A stretch of 61,869 nt of DNA, counting the filler, from Bipalium vagum (taxonomy: Eukaryota): the NCBI GenBank assembly GCA_037834085.1. It is 3 parts of 3 records of this genome, joined end to end, with 100 filler letters (N's around TTAATTAATTAA, not from the genome) between each part and the next. Parts side by side here need not be neighbours in the genome. Positions count along the whole stretch, not along the records: positions 38,016 to 61,869 come from JBBMKC010205599.1; 2 more parts are not named here. One strand, 5' to 3'. Below, in pieces: positions 54,081 to 61,869 of the stretch. The notes beneath the pieces are model-generated. The model was not told where the DNA came from, did no database searches, and was given only the letters and a program-made list of their open reading frames with translations. The position numbers and the translations under genes were made by a program. Numbering within the stretch: the first letter of the stretch is position 1; the number at the start of each line of letters is the position of its first letter.

Positions 54081-55287
54081 ATATTAAAAAGTATCATAAA
54101 CAACCGTAGGCTTTGAGAAATTTCACATAATATTAACTATTTAACTGTAAGAATATAAAGTTTTAAAGTTTAACATTACAATAAATAAAAAATTTTTAGA
54201 TATACCAATTAAATATTTTAAAGAAGCATAAAAGATTTTTTTAGAAATTAAATTAATTTAAAAAATATACCTGAATAACAAATTTGTTTAAATATTAAAT
54301 TAAGGAAGATCAATATTAAAAATTATCAAAAGTGCTCAGCAAAAATAAATATTATTCCGTAAGGAATTTAAATTATTACGGACAGCACGGATAACCTAGT
54401 GCTAACAATAAAACATTTTCAATAATTTGAATAAATCTATTCTCGATTTAAGTTTCTATTTTCTAGAAAAATCCTTCTATTACAATTAAGCTAATTATGA
54501 AGTAAACAATATAATAGATACGTAACTATTGTTTTCATCTCTTCTGTTGATTTCCTCTATTTTGCTTGTCCTTTATTATTTTTTAAATCAAATATAATCT
54601 AATTTTATAAATCCGTTAATTCTTTATCCTAATGTTACGGAGTGGGTAAATTTTTAGCTAACAAGGAACATATTTTGATCTGTATTGCGATCCATTAAGA
54701 TCAAAACAATGGAATAATGACTGTATTATTGATGTAAAGGTTGCATATGTATTTTAAATGTTTCTGTTTTATTTTAATATTGTCCAAATACGGGAAATCT
54801 GGAATCTCAGGATATTATATATATTCTATGAACCGTGATGTACACGTCTCTTAATAACATTAAATCATCATAATTAAAACTATTAAAAAAGATTATTATA
54901 AAAGATGCTCAAATGATTAAGGTAATTATGAATGAATATCAGTTTAAAAGAAAGTACTGAGAGTAATCAAAAATCTTTAAATCTATTCCCAATATTTCAT
55001 AATATTTACTTTATTAAATGATTATGAAGATTAATTTACGTAATGCAATATTCACGGGGTTCATACTTAATTATCATCATAGCATCTATCCTGGCACCGG
55101 CAGGATTATCTTGGAGTCACTGTTTCAAACAGAGATAATTAAAACTGTAAAGAAATCAATTCTTAAAAATATTTCTATTTAAAATTTAATTTAATACGGT
55201 CTGATAACATTGATTTATAGGGAGATAATTATATTTCAGTATTAAAGTAAATAATAAAATACATAACTATTTTTATTATAATTTCAG

Positions 55288-55363
55288 AGTGATTTCCAGT
55301 CTGACAAATGTCGAAGGTATACACCCGAAAAATATCCTTATATTTATGGATCAAAATTATGAA
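55288..55363 (+). CDS. POMGNT1: POMGNT1-like exon
   Basis: TTTCAG|(R)VISSLTNVEGIHPKNILIFMDQNYE|GTATAA; ungapped against [25 protein letters not shown]; phase 2 to 0. Confidence 0.92.
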
Positions 55364-55992
55364 GTATAAAATTGATTTATTATCGAATATTTTTTTTCAT
55401 GTTGATTTTAAAAAATTGTTTTAATCCTTATTTTATAAATGGCATTCACATTAAATATAATGACATTTTCATAACAATTTACGAAAATTAAAGAATTAAT
55501 CTCAAAGATTAATGAAATTAAAAATTGAAAATCATTTGTTTTAATTTATTGATAAAAATTTTAATTTACACATTAAATTATGAAAAATCAAAACTATTTA
55601 ATTTTAATTAAAATAGATCTTACATTTTCCAATATCATTTTTTGCATGTATTTCAAATTTGTTTATTTTAATAAATGAATATCTTCACAAATTAAACGTT
55701 TTTTAATTAATAAAATGAAATTATTAATAATTAATTATTAGTTATAATTTATAACTTATTTTTAAAAAAATAAATGTTAATTATTTTTAAAATATTAGTA
55801 ATAATAAGACATTGAAATATTTAATAAAAAGAAAGTTTACTGTTTCTTACACTTTTTTATTTTGGTGAGACATTTTTTATAAATTATAATTATTCTCTTA
55901 CTTTGAATTAATACTATCAAAAAAATATTATTTTTAATGTTTTTCAAAATTTGATTTTGATAATAAATAAGCTTTCACAATAATAATAATTA

Positions 55993-57103
55993 TCACATCA
56001 CTCAATAAGTCCCCGGCCTAATTAGAAAAAAACAATTTTTTAGTATAGATACAACTTTATTTATCAACATACACTTCTTCATGAATGATACATTCATTCC
56101 ATCGACCGTCTAGCTTTTCGATTCCAATTATGTAAAAGTATGTCTTTGCTCTCAAAATAATCCTCAGTTTGGGCTATCAGCTTATTTGAGCAAAATTTCT
56201 TTCCTTGGAGCATTTTTTCATTTCTGTAAAAGACCAATAGTCGCTGGGGTCCAGATTTGGAGAGTACGGTGAGTGGGGAAGTAATTCAAAGCGTAATTCA
56301 TCCAATTTCACCATTGTTTTCATGGACTTGTGAGACGGGACATTTTCTTGGTGAAACAGCACTTTTTTCGTTTGCATGTGGAGCCATTTTTTCTTGATTT
56401 CTGCTCTCAATCAATCCAATAATGCTATGTAATAATCACTATTGATAGTTTGGCCTATCTCAAGTTAGTCGATGAACAAAATTCTACACGTGTCTCAAAA
56501 AATGGATGCTGTTTCTGGTTCGATATGAGAAAACGCAGTATTCAGTTTGAAAGCAACTTGAGCATGCCTAAATTTTGGTAAAATTGAAAAACCACTATCT
56601 TCTGATAGCTTCAAGATGTAAGCTATCAGGTTGTGTAGTATGAAATTTGTAGGTAATGTATGAATGTAGGTAATCATTTTACAAATATTTCAAGCAACTT
56701 AATTTTACGGTCTTGTAAAACTATTTTGTGGACTTTTCTTATGTTTTTTGGATTAACACACGATTTTGGATGACCAGAGCGCTGGCATCATCGGTGCTTT
56801 TACAGCCGCGTTCAAACTCAGCATATTAGTCAATAACATTTGATTTTCCTGATGCGGTATCCTCATAATGCATATCAAGCCACTTCCAGTCAAAAAACAG
56901 TGTTTCATCAACACATGAGATTCCTTGGTATCCATTTTTTTGAAATTAACTAAACTAGTCTGACTAAAAAAATGTAATCAATAAATAAATTGATCAGATA
57001 ACAATAAAATTTTGAAACACACTGATTGAATATTAGTACTACTTTAAAATCATGTATGTTTGACAAAAATGATGTTAGACCGAGGACTTATTAAGTGACG
57101 TGA
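55993..57103 (-). mobile_element. Himar1-like (irritans) mariner with both TIRs, internally deleted
   Basis: TIRs TCACATCACTCAATAAGTCCCCGGCCTAA / TTAGACCGAGGACTTATTAAGTGACGTGA, TA both sides; MDTKESHVLMKHCFL, KKVLFHQENVPSHKSMKTMVKLDELRFELLPHSPYSPNLDPSDY. Confidence 0.95.
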
Positions 57104-58224
57104 TATTATTAAAAAAAACAGAAAATATTGCATTAAATAACCAATAAAGTTCGTGCGGTTTTGAAAAAAAAATTTTTTGTGAATGTGCTACCGTTAAAAT
57201 TAGACAATTTTTCCTTGGTCGCTCTTGCTATATGAAATAATAGGTTTGAAGACAAGATATTTAAGGACAACAAACAATATTTTACATGTTATAACCAAAA
57301 ATTTTATTGACTTAAAGGTAGAAGTAGCATTTTAATCAATATTGAAAATTAAATGAAATATTAATTAAATTTACTTATCTTTAACTTATTTTCTTTTATT
57401 TAATAGAAAGTTACTTAAAAAATTTATGTTTAAAACAAGCAAAATATAGTGATTTACTCTTAAAAATTTTCAAAGTTCTGTGTGAAAAATAAATTCTTAT
57501 GAATATCAAAAAATAAGTTTACAATTTATCCTTTTAGTTTTTAACAAGAACATAAATAACTTTCAAGAACGTAACGTGAAAATCTGAAAGTTATATCAGT
57601 TACAGCAAAAAAGTAAAATTATTTAAAAATTAAAACAACCTCTACAATATTACAAGCTAATAACGTCTACACCTATTATATTTATGGATTTTTTTTACAT
57701 ATGGATACACAGCGTCATCTCAGAACAGATATTAGCTAACATTTGCAATTAAGCATACTAAGTAAAATCGTAATCCACTCAAAGAATTGCGTTGTGCGAC
57801 AAGACAAAGTTAGGGATCATTTAATGGATAAAAATGTTTAATATTATTGACTGACGAAGAATTGAGATAATTGTTTCATAATAATACAGTTTTTAATAAG
57901 TTTGTTGTAAATTTGATGAAAATCGTTTAATTAACAAATAAATTGATTATCTTTAAAGATTAAAATTAATAAAATTATATATTATTTATATAAGGAATTG
58001 TGAAAACCCAATCAATTATTGATCTGACTGAATCACTAATTTTTAAAAATATATTCTGGTTCATAATTGAATTAGCCTGAAATGATTAAATATAAATAAA
58101 ATTTATAAACATTATTTTGACTTTTGTCACCGGTCTTACAATTTGATAAATTATTATTTCATTTCTCAAAAATAAAATATTTCCTTATACAACAATAACA
58201 ACTTTCCTATGATTTTTTTGAAAG

Positions 58225-58356
58225 GAATCAAAGCTCATTGCGGATCTTTTCAAGGTAAAACTTATCCGAGTTCGTCTTCAAACCAGTGGATATACATTAT
58301 CAAAGATTTCTTACAAGTTCAGAACAGCCATTGCAAATGCTTTTCGGCATTATTAT
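58225..58356 (+). CDS. POMGNT1: POMGNT1-like exon
   Basis: GAAAG|ESKLIADLFKVKLIRVRLQTSGYTLSKISYKFRTAIANAFRHYY|GTTAGT; aligns to EPMDVVALFGLRGIQH..ARVSQHYKASLTATFNLFP; phase 0-0. Confidence 0.85.
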
Positions 58357-59755
58357 GTTAGTTGTTTTACTTGTGTTTTTAGTATTTTCTAAAGACAATT
58401 ATATAATATATCTAAACAATGATTCGAAGATGAAAAAAATCTTTCTTTTGTGTAATGAATTCTGTTTTCCTGTGCATTCAAAACATATAGAATTTCAAAA
58501 ATCGAAGCAAATGTATATTTTTAATATAATATGCTATAGAATTACTCTAACAAAGAGAGTATTAATTGGAAATAATGTTTTTCATAATATATATAAAAAA
58601 GTAGTCGATTGATTTTTTTGTAATTACAGATAATAGTAGTTTTATTAATATTAAAATAATAAAAAAAATTAATAATTTTTAATTAAATCTTTTAGATCCA
58701 ATGATTTTAAAAGTTATTCATTTAACTTAAGGTTTCTTTGCTTTATATTTTAAAATAATATTTCATTACTTATTTATATTAAAAATAAATTATATAAATT
58801 AATTTATTAATGTTTTAGTTTTAATTTATAATAATCTATTTGTTTAAATGAATTAATTTTAAAAATATTTTTTAAAATTTATTAAATATATTAAATAAAT
58901 ATAATTGTCAGATTAATTAAAAAAAAATTAACAAATCAATAACAAATAAAACGACTTCTGTTATTCCAATGTTTTAATTATTATAATTGTAGATTGAAGG
59001 CAGATTATTATCAATGTTTGCCTGAGGAACAGGATTAATGGAATTCTTTCTTTAAATATTATATCTTTTATTATATAAATAAGATATCTTTTACTCTAAA
59101 TATTTTTAATTATCAATTTGGATTTTTTACGTTATGTATGGAATAAATTTATGAATAAAAGAGAAATAAAATTTTAATTTCGATAATTTCCACTCAACAC
59201 TTTATAATATCAAATAAAAATATCACAGGAAAATAGTTTCGAAAAAAGTATTTACATGGTCAATGACATCGAAATTATAGTTTAATAGAAATAATACATC
59301 GATATTTTTTGTAAAATAATTAAAATATTGATTATTATTTTTCTTTTTGTAACGAAATTGCACCGTCACTATTATCAAGAGAATAACTAACTTTTTAAAA
59401 CCCACTATTTTTTTTATTTATATTTAAGTGTTCTATAAAAAAATTATTTTATATTTTGTTAAATCCATGATTTTATTCCTGACCTAGTAACTGTTTATTA
59501 TATATTTATTGTCTATTATGTACTGAAAACTCATAAAAAAACTAAGTTAAAATAAGAAATAATTTCTTATTTCATAAAATTTACACTTACACTTCAGTGC
59601 AGAGAGTCAGGTAGCCCAAAATATCCTTTACTCATGATTTTACATTATGTGATAAGTCAGAAACAAATATTTCTGTATTTAATCAGGCATTTCGAAAAAG
59701 GTTGCAATAGAATTTTGAAACATGGTAATTTTCACCAGAGTTATTACAATAAATA

Positions 59756-61009
59756 CAGAGTGGGCACTGGAAGACGGAAGGACTTTAATCTAAAATAACT
59801 TTTACAAAAGTTTTGATAATAAATTTTATTCAAATTTTTATGAATATATATTTATTGGAGTTTATAATGCAAAGATGTTGTCATAGTTATTTGTTAAAGT
59901 AAATCAATATTTAAGTATTTGCAGTTAAAATGTTCAAATACAACAATAATAATAAAGTGAAAATTTTTGAATTTTTCTATTCAAATAGAATACAATCATA
60001 GAAAACGCAGAGAAACTATCGAAGATACTTCAATGATTAAGTAGCTTCCAGCGACAACATGATTAGAAATTTAATTTAACGATTTGAAGAAACTGTGTCT
60101 GTTGTAGTTCTTAATAAGAAGGGTCCAGGGAAAACTGTGAGTACGGAATTGATGGTGGGATCTGTGCGGTATAGCGTTCAAGAACATCCAACAACTACTA
60201 AACATCGTTGGTCTGCTCAGGTTGGTATTGACAGAAAAAGACCTTGAAAAGGTTCCCTTATAAAATTCAATCAGCTCAAGTTCTTCTCCCATCAGACAAT
60301 GCTGTCTGTTTGAATCATGCTATTTGTTTTCAGAGGTTAGCAAGAAATAATGTCACCTTTTTGAAAAATCTGATAATGAGCGATGAACTCCATTTTTATT
60401 TGAACCGAGTTTTCAATAAACAGAATGTGAGATTTTGGAGCTCAGTCAATCCTATAAACTTTAACCAGCAGCCACTGCATTCTCTTTATCATCTTCGAAA
60501 ATATAAAGTACAATAATTCTGTCAAACATGACTCCACACCAAAGTGGTCATGTCTGACAGAATTATTGTACTTTATATTTTCGAAGATGATGAAGAGAAT
60601 CCAGAAAGACGACGTCTTTGGTGAAAGATTGATTTCCAAAAATACTGAATTTTCATGGCCTCCGCAGTCATCAGATTTGATTTTTTCGGATTATTTCTTA
60701 TGGGGTTACCTGGAAGAAAGGTTTTATGAACAATTCTCGAACAATTCAACAGCTAAAAGAAAATATCCGAAGTGAGATACGTCTCTTGGACCCGGAAATA
60801 TAGAATGCAGTGATGGAAAACGACCTAAAAATATCAATTCCTTGCGAGCAAGAAAATGGTGGCCATTTAAGAGACATTATTTTCCAGATTTAGAAAAAAT
60901 TAAATTCTAAGCTTGTATCTTTCAAATAAACTTTTTGGATTAAATATAAATTTGTTTTACTAAAATTTATTTTAGATTAAAGTCCTTCAGTCTTCCAGCT
61001 CACACCCTG
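59756..61009 (+). mobile_element. Tc1/mariner (rosa/DUF4817-type) element with both TIRs, rearranged
   Basis: 43-bp TIRs (5 mismatches) CAG(A/G)GTG..CTGGAAGAC(G/T)GAAGGACTTTAATCTAAAATAA; FPYKIQ, IMSDELHFYLN, NKQNVRFW, WPPQSSDLIFSDYFLWGYL; second-D region deleted. Confidence 0.93.
60475..60604. repeat. long inverted repeat (58-bp arms, 14-nt loop)
   Basis: 60475-60532 is the reverse complement of 60547-60604 at 55/58 positions. Confidence 0.95.
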
Positions 61010-61039
61010 TTGTAAACATTGAAATATTTAATTTTTCAA

Positions 61040-61590
61040 TATAACTATTGGACCTGGCAATACAGCATTAGCTATATGTGATCTGACTTTGTCATGATGA
61101 AATTTGAGTATGGTTAACATTAAAAAATTTGAACGGTAATCGGATTACCTAAAAAATATTTCATTCTCAAAGCTTCCTCTGCATAAACATGAAATTAACT
61201 CGCGATAATTCATCACGCTCCATGATATATTATGATTTCTAATGAGGATTGTAGATTGAAGTACATCGATCAATTTAGTTCAGTTTTTGGGGATTAAGAC
61301 CGCATAGCTAAATCGCACATTTTTTGAGCTGTCATAAAATTAAATCCAAGAATTATCAATCGTGTAATAATGATTTGGTTCCTAACGATTTCTTTTTATT
61401 CAACTGCATGAAAAATAAACTGTAAACAACGATTTTCAGCTTCACATGATGCGATTGATTCGTTGAGAGCTCATGTTTTCTATGAAAAAATGTTTTGAAC
61501 ATTATGTTACACGTTTGAGAATATTTTGAAGAACAATGAAATAGTTTATTGTAAAATAAAAAGCGGTTTGTGATTTGTATTAAATATTGA
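61040..61590 (-). mobile_element. decayed mariner remnant
   Basis: HELSTNQ and FHHDKVRSHIAN fragments. Confidence 0.5.
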
Positions 61591-61825
61591 ACTGCTTACG
61601 AATAAATAACAAAAATTTATATAGAATAACTTATTATTGATTTTTTGTTAAACATCACTCGCTGATGATGATAATAACAATAATTATTATTATTGATTTT
61701 TACCTGGTCAAAAATCGTTGAAAAATATTCCTTTAACAAAAATAAATTGGTCTCCACTTCTAAACTCATCAAAACAGTGGATTTAGGTTCCAAAATATGA
61801 TAATAATCATAATCATTAAATAATA

Positions 61826-61827
<2 letters not shown>

Positions 61828-61869
<42 letters not shown>
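61828..61869. repeat. (AAT)n microsatellite
   Basis: Runs to the window end. Confidence 0.95.

Noticed and set aside
54375-54400. Helitron 3' end (GC-rich patch then CTAGT)
   Set aside because: Hairpin is degenerate and no 5' end is identifiable.
58993-59037. Next POMGNT1-like exon
   Set aside because: Phase-0 frame stops early and no frame matches the expected VVLEEDLD segment; that exon is probably beyond the window.

Overview
Very AT-rich animal (invertebrate-type) nuclear DNA, not prokaryotic. The window holds three contigs (1-21756, 21857-37915, 38016-61869) joined by artificial 100-bp spacers (44 N + TTAATTAATTAA + 44 N), so adjacency across the spacers is not established. The ORF track misses the real genes because they are split into short exons. 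Reading splice sites by hand gives (i) the last three coding exons of a CFAP77 (C9orf171, axonemal microtubule inner protein) orthologue on + at 24691-28340; (ii) nine phase-compatible exons of a strongly diverged POMGNT1-like glycosyltransferase (GT13, with FAM3/ILEI-like stem domain) on + at 40347-58356, apparently continuing beyond the window, with donor-binding and lectin residues replaced; (iii) weaker exon candidates for an unidentified minus-strand gene converging on the CFAP77 3' end and for an unknown gene near 1.3-2.8 kb. Much of the remainder is about 25-30 decayed Tc1/mariner elements of several subfamilies (four with both TIRs), one MITE, an LTR with a polypurine tract, gag/protease-like relics and (ATT)n microsatellites. 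Best leads: the possible pseudo-enzyme or neofunctionalised POMGNT1-like gene, and a 58-bp-arm fold-back inside an intronic transposon that could yield siRNAs against its own family. Homology calls and human residue numbers come from recalled sequences, not database searches; TE remnant boundaries are approximate unless TIRs are given.
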